Of a stretch of 64,000 bases of DNA, positions 14,131 to 24,935 are shown piece after piece; position 1 is the stretch's first letter; every line of letters starts with the position of its first letter. The stretch is from Cyanophora paradoxa CCMP329 (lineage: Eukaryota > Plantae > Glaucophyta). The stretch spans positions 209,572 to 273,571 of the forward strand of contig QPMI01000524.1 of NCBI GenBank assembly GCA_004431415.1, in the 5' to 3' direction. A program made the translations under genes and the position numbers. The notes under the pieces were generated by a model. It was not told the origin of the DNA. It searched no databases and saw only the letters and a list, made by a program, of their open reading frames with translations.

Positions 14131-15653
14131 CGGCTTGCGATAATCGGTTCGGGGGCTGCAGCTTGTTCCGGGCGAGCGCACGCGTCACATAGGAAGGAAT
14201 GTATACATATACCGGGGCTCGCGCTCGAGCGCAGCACATTGCGGCCATACTGCAGCTATAGCTAGCGCTGGATCCGGAGCGCAGCCTATACGTGTACCTA
14301 ACCGCAGTCTAGATATCGATGCTGACACAAAAAATGAAACAGGTCTAACATTTACCGCAGTGTAAATGCTGCCACAAATTAAAAAGTGAATGGAACACAT
14401 AAAGGTAGCGTAAGCTAGCATGCGCAGCGATTGCTACTTTAGGTGGAAAACTCTTTGAAACTTTGAAAGCTTTTTGACCCGATCATGAATTCGAAACTAC
14501 AGCTAACACATGAAATATCATTGATATCGAATGATATCATGAATTCAAAGCTACATATGCATATCTTGCTGGGCGGGGCACATGCGCTTTAGGTGCGCCG
14601 CCCATCTCAAGAACAAAAAGAGATTAAAACAGAAAGACATTCGAATATAGATAGATATAAGTACCGCAGTAGGACAGATAGACTGCGCTGCGCGCCCCTA
14701 ACTCTGCACCACCAGATCAGGCTAGAGAGAGACCTGCAGCCTTCGCCGGAGTAGAGGCGTAGCTAGCTATAGCTAGTGCTGTTGTACTATTCTTGATTGC
14801 CAGCTCTGCCAGCTCTGCATCTGCAGCACCTGCGCGTGATTCGACACCTCGTGCGTGATATGGACCCGTACTTGGCGGCCTGAAGCGCCATAATTGATAT
14901 CATGATCATGGTCTAGCTAGCTATAGCCCCATGATCATAATGATCATGGTTTTGCTATAGTAACCAGCGGAACCAGCGGAACCAGCGGAAACACCACTGG
15001 GCCACAGAATTCGAAGATGTGGCTGCCTGTTGTTCCATCACCACGGCGACCGCGGCTATATCTTGCACCGGATCCGGACGTCGACGACGCAACTCGGCGA
15101 CGGGCGGCGCCGGCTGGGCGCTAGAGGCCGCCGGGCCGGGCCTAGCTAGGGCGGCGCGCATTGGGAGGGCCGGCTCGCGATAATCGGATCGGGGGCTGCA
15201 GCTGGTTCCGGGCGAGCGCACGCGTCCGACGGTCACATAGGAAGGAATGTATACATATACCGGGGCTCGCGCTCGAGCGCAGCACATTGCGGCCATACCG
15301 CAGCTTTAGCTAGCGCTGGAGCGCAGCCTATACCTAACCGCAGTCTAGATATCGATGCTGACACAAAAAATGAAACAGGTCTAACATTTACCGCAGTCTA
15401 AATGCTGCCACAAAAAGTGAATGGAACACATAAAGGTAGCGTAAGCTAGCATGCGCAGCGATTGCTACTTTAGGTGGAAAACTCTTTGAAACTTTGAAAG
15501 CTTTTTGACCCGATCATGAATTCGAAACTACAGCTAACACATGAACCATCACTGATATCGAATGCCGATATCATGAATTCAAAGCTACATATGCATATCT
15601 TGCTGGGCGGGGCACATGCGCTAAAGGTGCGCCGCCCATTTCAAAAACAAAAA
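14131..15653. repeat. ~485-bp direct repeat pair (14131-14619 and 15171-15653)
   Basis: Near-identical sequence from cggct.gcgataatcgg to cgcccat.tcaa.aacaaaaa. Each copy ends with a GC hairpin (tgggcgg..gcac...gtgc.ccgccca). Confidence 0.9.
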
Positions 15654-15725
15654 TTATCAGATGGTAGTAATATAGCTAGCTAGCTGTAGGATTTCCGACT
15701 TGCTGCTAGGCTTGCTGCACGCACC

Positions 15726-17637
15726 CTAGGCCAACAAAGCAGAGGTCGAGCGTGCGTTGGCATCTGCAGCTGCTGTTTGGAGCATCTTGCGAGACTTGCA
15801 GCGGCGCCGAAGAAGCAGGGATTTCAGGACAGGGTGGCTCTTTGCAAGAGTGCTGAGAGAGTCATTAACCATGCGGAGATCGATGTCCATAGAGCCGGGG
15901 GTCCTGTTGGCATCCTTGAGCAGATGGTCAACCTTCTCAATCATCGCCTTAATGCTCAACTCCAGGGACCTCGTGGAAGTGGCCGTGGAGGCCGTCGTGG
16001 AGGACGCTGATGCTGACGTCGATAATACAGTTGCAGCCGCAACATCCACATGCATGGACTGTGCATTGAATTTCTTTGCACTGGTGCACACACAGTCATA
16101 GAGGTCGTGCTTCTCAAGAGCCAGAAAGCTTGCATCCACGTCGCTGTGGCCGCTGAATGGATTGGCGAGAAAATTGTCCACAAGGTCGGCACATGGGTTG
16201 GCGATGTGCTCGATGAAGTCCTCCCAAATGAGTCGGAATTCGTAGGTTGCCTACAAACACGGGTATATTTATCAGCGCGAGGAGCATCTAGAACAGGTAT
16301 ATACATATATCATGAAATGTGTGTACCCGCACAAGGATGTTGAATGTGTTAATAAAGGCCTCAGCTGCCTTCATCCAGGAGGCATCTTCCCATGACTGCG
16401 TACATGCTTCCCACTGCAGGCCAAGAAACAAACAGAAACGATAAGCAAAAAGATAAGCAAACAGGCATAAGAGCAGACACACATTATGAATTGTCATTGC
16501 TGTTTCCTTGCAGCCTCCATCTTCTCTGGTCTTCTTTTTAAGGTATGTCATGGCATCCCAGATCTTGGCACCAACCTCAATCACGCCATGCTTAGGCCTG
16601 TTGTAGTAGCCTGTCAAGATATTCGCAGAACGGGACAGATGTGCTTTGGCTGTCACCATACGAACATACAAATGCTGCGTATGCAAATAAAACAGCGTTC
16701 GAGGGGATTGGAACACAGAAGCCAAATTTTTGAAACCTCTGACCTTCAAGAAGCAGCGATCCTTAGGATCCAGATCAGTGAACAGCTGTGGACCACTAGA
16801 CTTGTCCACCACGAAAGAACCAATGTTACGTGCAGAATAGACGTCGACCTTGACTGGCTCCAGTATCCACTGAGGGAGAATTCCGGCAAACATGTCGAAA
16901 GAATTCGATTTCTGATGCACGCCTTTCTCGGACTTCAGGCAGCGCCTTGAGAAGAGATAGCGATGGGGATGCCCTGCCGGGAAGATGGGAGCCAGTCGCA
17001 GGTTTCCGAGAAACGGTCCTGTAGCCTTCGGGATCCAGCCGTCAACACAATTTGTGAGCTTGGACGGAGCCCAATTCGTTTCGCCCAGCGTGCAATCAGA
17101 ATTGTTTGCGATGACATACACTTGATTCCGTGGTTGCACTTGCACGGAAGGAGGAGGCGGAAGGTCATATTGCCAGGACCGAGAGCAAAAGGAAATCTGA
17201 CGGCGACAATGTGTCTCAAGAGCCAAGTCGTCGGGAGCGGGTGAGCCCAAGCTGAACTGGCGATACCGAGTCGAAAACAGAGGAAACTTGTCGCAAGCCT
17301 TGCAGAATTCCCAATTCTTCCCGGAGTATACGAATAGCCACTTGCAGTCACGCCCATGTGTCTAAAAGCTCAAGCATGATGTGGGAGTTTTAGCTGGATA
17401 TTGTTTGTTGATAATTTCTTTCAGGGTCCGTTGAAAGTTGGAGCACAAGGGCGCCTCGCAAGCCTCAGTGGCTTGATCGCGTAAGAAGAGCTTCTTGCAG
17501 TGCAAACCATGGGTTTCGATTGATTTGCAGCCGCTGAACATGAACTCCTCGTCATTGACGGGAGATCTAATGAAACACATATTCAAACGAGTGGAAACAG
17601 TATGGAAACAGTGACATGTGTACGTACTCATTTCCAT
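15726..17637 (-). CDS. Spliced host gene, unknown; weak chromodomain-like segment
   Basis: Long minus-strand ORFs 17362-17637, 16288-17250 and 15726-16181. WEACTQSWEDASWM..EAFINTF loosely resembles the chromodomain W...SWE pattern. Confidence 0.35.
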
Positions 17638-18749
17638 ACGAATCCGGATCAGTCACACTGGAAGGCTTAGCCAGAACTGGAGTTCTGACAAACATCATTC
17701 TTGGTTAGCGTTGCAGAAACGCACACAACGGAATAGTTCTCGCGCACTGATCTAAACCCGGCTTTGCATTGTCTAAATCCTCCAAATCCACAGTTACAGG
17801 GCCTTTGGCCGGAGTTCTGTGAAAATCACTCTCGAGATCAGTAAGCGTCGCTGACGAGCGCGCGCTTTAAATCTGCACGCACTGATTCGAATCCGAATGT
17901 GCATTTTCAAAAGCCTCTCGATCCGAGGCAGGCAGCGGTCCGGGTCCGGATCCACCAAGGCTGGCGAGCGCGGTCGCGATCTTGGCGGCCGCGGGCGAAC
18001 TCGAGGCGCCGTTGACAGGCTCATCCTCATCATACTCGCGTAGAAGGGCGCTGCTCGTGATCGCCGGGCGCCGGTCTCCATCGTTGTTTGGATCGCTGGA
18101 TGGGCGAACAGTGCGGGTAGCGTAAGCGCACGCGCAAGAAGAATATAATTTTATAATCAGCTGCAGTAAGCAGAGCGTGCGCACCCGATCTCCGGCTCGG
18201 AGGGACCGCCGGCAGTTTCACAACTGACGCTGCCGATTTCGGGCAGCGCTGGGGAGAGCACGCTCTCTCCGATAGGCGAGAGCACGTCGAAACGATCCTC
18301 GCCAGCCGGATCGACCAAGCCGACTCTGCGGAAGAACCCCAAAACCGCTGATAGCGCCATTGCTTTTGGCGCCAACTGCTTGTGTGAGAGTACCCCGGGA
18401 GAACTCAACCGGTGAGCCCGGAGTCAGCCGGGAGAGACCAGGGCGCAGTGCGGCCGCAATGCGGCCGCAGTGCGACCTCGTACGTTGTCCAATGGACGGC
18501 GGCGGGGACAGCGAGACAGAGCAAGTGGGATCAGAGCACCGCGTGACCGCGCGTGCGGGACCCTCAGCCTTGCATGAGACGGCTAGCTTGTCCGGAGCGG
18601 CACCGGGCGGCGCTAGCTTGTCCGGAGCGGCACCGGGCGGGCCTTGGACCTCAGCGGCAGGTGCCTGACCGCGTTCAGTGACGTGGCGCTAGCTGCCCGC
18701 GTTCAGAGGATGATGCTAACTGCGCCCCTCAGCGACGTCGACGCTCGAG

Positions 18750-20293
18750 GTGGACGCCCTGGGCGGGGCTGGCGCTGGACAGGTGCATTGCTCCTGCAAG
18801 ACTCATTCGCGGGCCTTATGTCTTCGCGCGTTCGTGCGGGCGCAGGGGGCCAGCCCTACGTCTGCTGGAGAGTCGGGCTCGGACAGCGAGGACAGCGAGG
18901 GCGGATCTCCGTTCAGAGATTACGTCAGCGGCTCTCCAAGCATAGATTACGTGAGCGGTAACATTCTCATGCTTGTCGAGGCCTTGCCAATGTACACTCG
19001 GTGCGAGAACCCCGCATCCCTCGTTGCTCTTTCTGACTGCGGCGGCGGCTCAAGCGAGGCGAAAGATAAGGGTCGGATATGGAAGGACCGCATAGACAGG
19101 CAAGAGGAGCGCTATCTGGACGATGGATTGGAGGAGTGGCTTTTGGAAGACACCAAATGCCTCGGGGCGCTTTACTCGAAGCTTCACGATCGAAAGCAAG
19201 ACCACATGTCTTCAATACAATCGTTGTGGTTCTACTGTCCGCAGTTAGATCGGAAACCTTTCAGCAGATATCTGTACGCAATCTTGGATCGTCTATACAC
19301 GTGCGTTTCGTACAAAGGCGTCCTTGAAGGAGTGAGCAACTCTTTTAGCATGCTTTCGAAGTGGATGCTGGACGACCTGAAAATATGCATTGATGGTGGC
19401 TCTGAAGAGGTGCGGGCCTTGTTCGACGGTTGATCCGGGAGGAGCTCTTGGTTTGAAACATCCTTACGGAGCGCACAGAAGGCACAGACACAGAGCTCCT
19501 CTTGTACAGATGAAAGCATGATTGTGCATCGCCTTATTGCAGCTATATCAGTTCCGGGTTATGAGTTCAACTGGGGTTGGTTCAACTCTATTCGCCCCAC
19601 TGCCCTGGTTCAAAAGCTGATGCTGGTCTGTCCAGACTGTCCTAAACTCCATGAGCCCCGCCCTGTGTTCTTCGTCACTGGAGACATTCTCTCCGGTGAA
19701 GAACATGAGTGCCTCTCTAAGGAGGGCGACACGCATCGAGTGATATGCGTCCGCAACTTTTCTCAGGTGCTCTGTGAGCGATCCTGCAGCTATCTCTGTT
19801 TACGATTGCCCCACTCTCGCAGCTCTTTGGAGCTCTGCAGCAGTCCCGCATGTTCTGCTCAATCCAGAAACTGGATGTGATGGCCGCTGTTGCTGATGAA
19901 GTGCTGCTCTTCTCCCGTGGCGTTCAGGCTGCTCGTGCATCCCGCATTGAGGGCTACATGCATATGAGTGGAAGGGACTGGATCTCCCCCGCGGTTCTTC
20001 TTGGTCTCTGGTCGTGGTTTTCAGATGAGACCATGCTCGTGTGCAAGCTCGCTCGTGTTCAGGGGCGTGTTTGTCGAGCGACAGCCTTCTTCCCCATGCC
20101 TGCAGCCAATCCAGCCCGTGCTGCTCCACCAGTACCACCAGAGCAACCCCCGTCCTCCCTGACCTTCTCTGGTCCTCCTGCCGAGCCCCCCGGACAACCC
20201 CCAGTTCCCTCTTTGACCAATCCTGCTGCCCGCGCCACACGCCCATACCGGCCTCCCGGGGGGCCAGTCTACTGCGCCCCGTCGCGCCCTTGA
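18750..20293 (+). CDS. Spliced host gene of unknown function, Pro-rich C-terminus
   Basis: ORFs 18750-19433, 19518-19880 and 19850-20293 are linked by gtgc...ag intron-like gaps. Confidence 0.35.
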
Positions 20294-21110
20294 TTTCTTG
20301 GGGCGGGTCACATCGTGGTTTGCTATGTGCCATGCCCTTTGCCAGCTTTTTCATGGTGGACAGCAGATTCTTCGGTTGTCTTGGTGATTTGTGGCTTCCC
20401 TGGATCTTTTGATCTCAGCGTTCTGTTGGTCTTCTCTTCTAGGTCGTCTTTATATCCAGCTGCAGGGCCTTTTCTAGTCTTCACTACGTACCTTCACTCT
20501 CAAAAAATAAAGTAACTTCACTCTTTGTCTCTGCGGAAAAGTAGCACTAGTACTTGTAAATAGGCTGCCTTCTAGTTCGGTCGCCGGCATCTTAGCATAC
20601 ATGTGTAATTCCGTGTGCAAGGTCTTACTAGCTGCCCGGCGGTCGGGTAAGGGTGCTGGACACCAATTAAATCCGACATTATCCTATCTTATTCAGTCTC
20701 GCCACTTCCCTCAATCTTGAATTCTCAGTCTCCTCAGTGCCAATATGCATAAATCTTTCATAGTTTTTATAACTTTATGCATATCTTTGCACTAACTTTA
20801 TCCCAATCCTCAGTATCCCCTTGCATAAATCTTTAACTTTCCCCCAAAGTTTCCCCCAAACTATGCATAACTTATCATAACTCTATGCATTCCTTTCATA
20901 GTAGTATAGCTAGCTCGTTTTCCCGCAATGTACCCTCATTTAGTCCTATTTTTTGCATCGGGAACTTGCTCAATAGCATCGGGAACCTCTCGATAGCATC
21001 GGGAGCTTCACGATGCCATCGGGGATCGATAGAAAAATAAGGTAGTGGACGCAATCGACCCCTCGCAAAATTTGATGTCAACTTTTTATAAACACTGTCA
21101 TCCTACGAAA

Positions 21111-21668
21111 ATGCCTTTCACTGTTCAATGCATCCCGTTGGCTGAAATGCCACCACTGATTCCCTATCCCATTGTGGGGCAACTTCCCGAACCTGAGACA
21201 AAGCAATGCAACCGCTGCAAGGAAACGAAGCCGGCTTGTGAGTTTGGAGAGAGGAAGCTGAAATCGGGGAACATTACTCTGCAAGCATATTGTGCCCCAT
21301 GCTACAAAGTCGTTCAAGCCGAACACGTTTCTAAACGCACCTCAAAGCCAAAGCCTGAAATCGAATCTAAGACGTGCACCAATTGTGAAGAAACTAAGCC
21401 AATCTCAGAATTCCACACCAATGCTCATACCGCGGATGGGTTCAACTCAGCATGCAAAGAGTGCAAGAATGATTATGCGAAAATGCATGCCGAATCAATG
21501 AAGATGTGCCCAAAGATTAACGTCGAATCTAAGGTCTGTTCAGCCTGCAAGATCGAAAAGCCTGCAAGTGATTATAATAAAAGAAGTACTGCCAAAGATG
21601 GTCTATATTCAAAATGTCGCAAGTGTTTCAATGAGACTCGCAAAAAGCACCCCAAGAACCAATACTAA
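21111..21668 (+). CDS. Triple zinc-ribbon (CxxC...CxxC) protein of the type attached to HNH/EndoVII nucleases, no catalytic domain
   Basis: Three repeats of K.C..C.E.KP..(E/D)(F/Y)......DG....C(K/R).C. ATG 21111 (or 21075) is preferred over the GTG at 21045. Confidence 0.8.
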   Translation: MPFTVQCIPLAEMPPLIPYPIVGQLPEPETKQCNRCKETKPACEFGERKLKSGNITLQAYCAPCYKVVQAEHVSKRTSKPKPEIESKTCTNCEETKPISEFHTNAHTADGFNSACKECKNDYAKMHAESMKMCPKINVESKVCSACKIEKPASDYNKRSTAKDGLYSKCRKCFNETRKKHPKNQY

Positions 21669-21862
21669 TTTTCGAGGCTGATGTTCCCTATTTTTTGTGC
21701 ATCGTGATCGGCGATGCCATCGAGAAAAGTACATATGTACATATTCGAAAAATAAGGTGGTGGACACCGATACACCCATTGGAGAGAAAAGCCCCGCCCA
21801 CTATGCAAGATACATGCAAACAACATGCGTCACAGCAAAATAAAGAACCCTTCTCCTCCAAT

Positions 21863-22708
21863 TTATGGTAGGGGATCGCTACCACCGATCGGATTGTATA
21901 AATTTGTTGTCAGGTATTGACCATATCTGTTAGCCGTTGCAATTGCATCGTTTCTTTCGGCATACATAATGACTGTGAATGTTCCTTGTTGTGTAGCCCG
22001 AATTATGTACTCATTATCTTGCGTATCCAAGAGAGGCAAGGAATGGAAAGCAAGACCGAAATTATCAACTGGGACTATTTGAACAGTAATACGTGGTCTT
22101 GATCCATCGGTTCTTCTACATAATGCGTAAATATCGGCAGGGAGCGTTTCAGTGTACCTATAATGATTTCCCAAAGGTTCTAATACATCCATAACAGCAG
22201 TTTGAAGGTTTATAATAATTGTATTAATTTTAATGATGTAAGGTTCATTCATACCTGGGCAATATGTCCTAATACGTGTGTTCTCATCATCGGGATTTGG
22301 TTGATCATTAACCAATAGAGGCGCTCCAATGATACCACCCACTCTTAGACCATCACCAATGTAAGCGCCTCCCGATCTACATTTAATCGCTCCGTTTCTC
22401 GATTCATAAGCAAAGTTAGTAACCTTGTTATCATCGTTATAACTGTCGGGATCTCCATAAAAAGCGTTAAAGTTTGCATTTGTAACAAGAAGTTTCGTAG
22501 TTTTCACGATTCCGTTATTTTTGTCACATCTTAACTCTTTCAGTCGCAATTTATGCGTATCACCAAAAGTATTAAGAGTAGGTGCAAGTTCGGTAGATTC
22601 GAGACCATCGACATTATCGATAACAGCGTGTTGTAACACGTGATTAGCCGGCGCGGCTAATGAAAGTTGCGCTGTTAAGATACGCTCAGGTGGAGCGGGT
22701 GCCGCCAT
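21863..22708 (-). CDS. Fibre-like protein 1: shared N-terminal domain plus phage fibre C-terminal domain (...LP..I..L...TVQIVP...YAERND)
   Basis: 281 aa. The N-terminal ~125 aa is paralogous to the fibre genes at 22728, 23894 and 24936 (R.KE.R.D.N.G.V.TT.L.V.N.N; RSGGAYIGDG). The C-terminus resembles the AERxD-ending domain of phage tail-fibre proteins. Confidence 0.65.
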   Translation of the reverse strand: MAAPAPPERILTAQLSLAAPANHVLQHAVIDNVDGLESTELAPTLNTFGDTHKLRLKELRCDKNNGIVKTTKLLVTNANFNAFYGDPDSYNDDNKVTNFAYESRNGAIKCRSGGAYIGDGLRVGGIIGAPLLVNDQPNPDDENTRIRTYCPGMNEPYIIKINTIIINLQTAVMDVLEPLGNHYRYTETLPADIYALCRRTDGSRPRITVQIVPVDNFGLAFHSLPLLDTQDNEYIIRATQQGTFTVIMYAERNDAIATANRYGQYLTTNLYNPIGGSDPLP

Positions 22709-22727
22709 TTAATATATTAAAACATAA

Positions 22728-23570
22728 TTATGGTGTGGGATCACCTGGGAACGGATCATCGTAGAAGTTATTTAGGTTGTTATCGGGATTGAGACCACGT
22801 GTAGCCGCCACAGCCGCTGGATCTGTTCGCATTCCGAAAATGAGAATATCATAACCTCCTACTTCTGTCGTCCAAACATTAAACGTAGCGGGGTTCTGGT
22901 TGTCGAATTCCACCCAACCTCTACCGCGTCCGATTCCCTGAACAAAGAAAGTATAAGCTGGTCCGATAATACCATTTTGTGAGCGACATATGGAAGCAAT
23001 AGATTTAGGAATAGCAATATTTGGTAATAACCAATTTCCCATAATTCCATCGGGTTGTGTTGCATTTACGTTATCTACCCCAACTCTGACCATTCCAAAC
23101 ACGTAAGGATAGTCTCCACATGGAGTGTACATACGGATACGTTGCGGATTGTCCGCATTCTCAGGTAGAGTATCGGGAATATCGGTGACAGCAACGGAGG
23201 ATGCAAGCATACCCGACACACGACAACCGCCACCAATAACAGCGCCTCCCGATCGGACAACAGCGGCGGCACGTTCTCCGTCAAAATCTAACGTTCTAAT
23301 ATCCACACCCCATGCGTCAGGTTGCCCAATACCCGCGTTAAAATTCGCATTTGTTACAAGAAGCTGAGTAGTTTTAACCACTCCTGAATTCTTGTCGGCG
23401 CGTAGTTCTTTCACACGTATCATACTGTTTTTATCGAATGCATTCGTGGAATTAGCGCGTTCCGTAGATTCCACACCTCGGATTTCGTCGGCTACCTCAT
23501 GTTGTCGAAAGTGAACCGCGGGTGATCCCAAAGCATAAACAGGTAATTGCACACGATTGTATTCGCCCAT
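22728..23570 (-). CDS. Fibre-like protein 2, full-length paralogue of fibre 1
   Basis: Likely start MGEYNR at 23570. Same N-domain; C-terminal RIRMY.P...PY and IFGMRTD motifs align with RIRTY.P...PY and MYAERND of fibre 1. Confidence 0.65.
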   Translation of the reverse strand: MGEYNRVQLPVYALGSPAVHFRQHEVADEIRGVESTERANSTNAFDKNSMIRVKELRADKNSGVVKTTQLLVTNANFNAGIGQPDAWGVDIRTLDFDGERAAAVVRSGGAVIGGGCRVSGMLASSVAVTDIPDTLPENADNPQRIRMYTPCGDYPYVFGMVRVGVDNVNATQPDGIMGNWLLPNIAIPKSIASICRSQNGIIGPAYTFFVQGIGRGRGWVEFDNQNPATFNVWTTEVGGYDILIFGMRTDPAAVAATRGLNPDNNLNNFYDDPFPGDPTP

Positions 23571-23605
23571 TGCTTCTTTTACTAAGAAGGAAAGAAAAAT
23601 AATGT

Positions 23606-23872
23606 TCATTGCTCTTCTGTGACATTGTTATACTCGATGCCTTTCTTTACAGTTCCCCTTTGGAATGCCTGTAATACAATGGCTTCCTTCGAGGTTGGTA
23701 TCTGAACTCCTGCTGAAATACAAGAGTGGATCTCTTTCTGAACAATCTCATCAATTGCAATTCTTGCTCTGTTGTGGGCAGCATTATCAATCCAATCCTG
23801 AACAGAAGCAGCACAGTATTCCATTCCCAACTTCTCAATATCAGATAGAACTACTTGGTATATATTTGACAT
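23606..23872 (-). CDS. Small phage-type protein of the kind found beside C1q tail-fibre genes
   Basis: 88 aa with the motif MEY.A.S.QDWIDNA..NRARIAIDEIV......GVQIP.SKEAIV..AF..G.VK, recognised from aquatic phage hypothetical proteins (from memory, not searched). Confidence 0.65.
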   Translation of the reverse strand: MSNIYQVVLSDIEKLGMEYCAASVQDWIDNAAHNRARIAIDEIVQKEIHSCISAGVQIPTSKEAIVLQAFQRGTVKKGIEYNNVTEEQ

Positions 23873-23893
23873 CTCTACTTAATAGAGAGAAAA

Positions 23894-24913
23894 TTATGTT
23901 ATACTTAGAAGTTCACCTGTGAAAAGTGTTCTACTTGAATAACTACCTGTGGAACCTGTGACAAGTGTTACATACTCACCAGCAGGAACATTGATAATTG
24001 CACTGAGAGTAAGAGGTTTGGTTGTGATAGTGGAATTAGCTTCTACTGAAATGTTAACTCCATTGGGTAAAAGATTATTTTTCAGAAAACTTAGACTTAT
24101 TGCAGCACTTGTTGTTGAATTGGTATATGCTGTAAATCTATAATCACCTGCAACAGGAGCTGTAAACCTTCCATTAGTAACATCGAATGACCCTGTATTA
24201 TTTATCAAAACGGTTGTCCAATTGATCAGAGCGGCTGCACTTGTAGCAACATGAGTATATCCAAGTTGAACAGAAAATCGTGGCTGAGAAACATATTTTA
24301 AATAGCTTGAATTCAGAGTCAAACGATTGGCTTCCAGTGTTGCAAAAAGATCACTGTTACGTTTTAACAGCAGATTAACATCTGCTCCTGTATCTATTTC
24401 AGGAGTGACCACCTTGGTTGATGCTGTTATTATTGATTCTGTGGAATTGGGAATACTAATTCCAGCATTTGCTGTTACCAATCCTGTAAATGTGCTTGTT
24501 CCTGTTATGCTTACTTGATTGGCTGTAAGGGTTCCATCAATCCTTGCCCCATCTCCAATATAAGCGCCTCCACTTCTTACTACAAGAGCTGAGTTATTGA
24601 TGGTGTTGTCAAAGGTAACAATCTTTGGTGTGGTGAACCCTCCCACATCATCATAAATTGCTGAATCTGATACAATCTGACCTGATTGAACTTGGTTCTT
24701 GTTTGAGACTATTAGACCTGTGGTTCTCACCTTGCCTGCATTTCGATCACATCGAATTTCTTTGCATCTGATCACAGAATGTTGAGAGAATGAATCGGCT
24801 CCTGTGGTCTCTGTGCAAATGAAACCTGGGGTAGCATCTGTTACTGTATGGTTGAGTTGATGCAATTTCGGCGCTGCATAACAGAAAACAGGAACAGCTA
24901 TTTGTGTAGACAT
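23894..24913 (-). CDS. Fibre-like protein 3 with C-terminal C1q/TNF-like head
   Basis: Shared N-domain. C-terminal PRFSV...INWTTVLINNTGSFDVTNGRFTAPVAGDYRF...FTGELL is a C1q signature. Confidence 0.8.
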   Translation of the reverse strand: MSTQIAVPVFCYAAPKLHQLNHTVTDATPGFICTETTGADSFSQHSVIRCKEIRCDRNAGKVRTTGLIVSNKNQVQSGQIVSDSAIYDDVGGFTTPKIVTFDNTINNSALVVRSGGAYIGDGARIDGTLTANQVSITGTSTFTGLVTANAGISIPNSTESIITASTKVVTPEIDTGADVNLLLKRNSDLFATLEANRLTLNSSYLKYVSQPRFSVQLGYTHVATSAAALINWTTVLINNTGSFDVTNGRFTAPVAGDYRFTAYTNSTTSAAISLSFLKNNLLPNGVNISVEANSTITTKPLTLSAIINVPAGEYVTLVTGSTGSYSSRTLFTGELLSIT

Positions 24914-24935
24914 TCTTTATATTATACAAACAATA

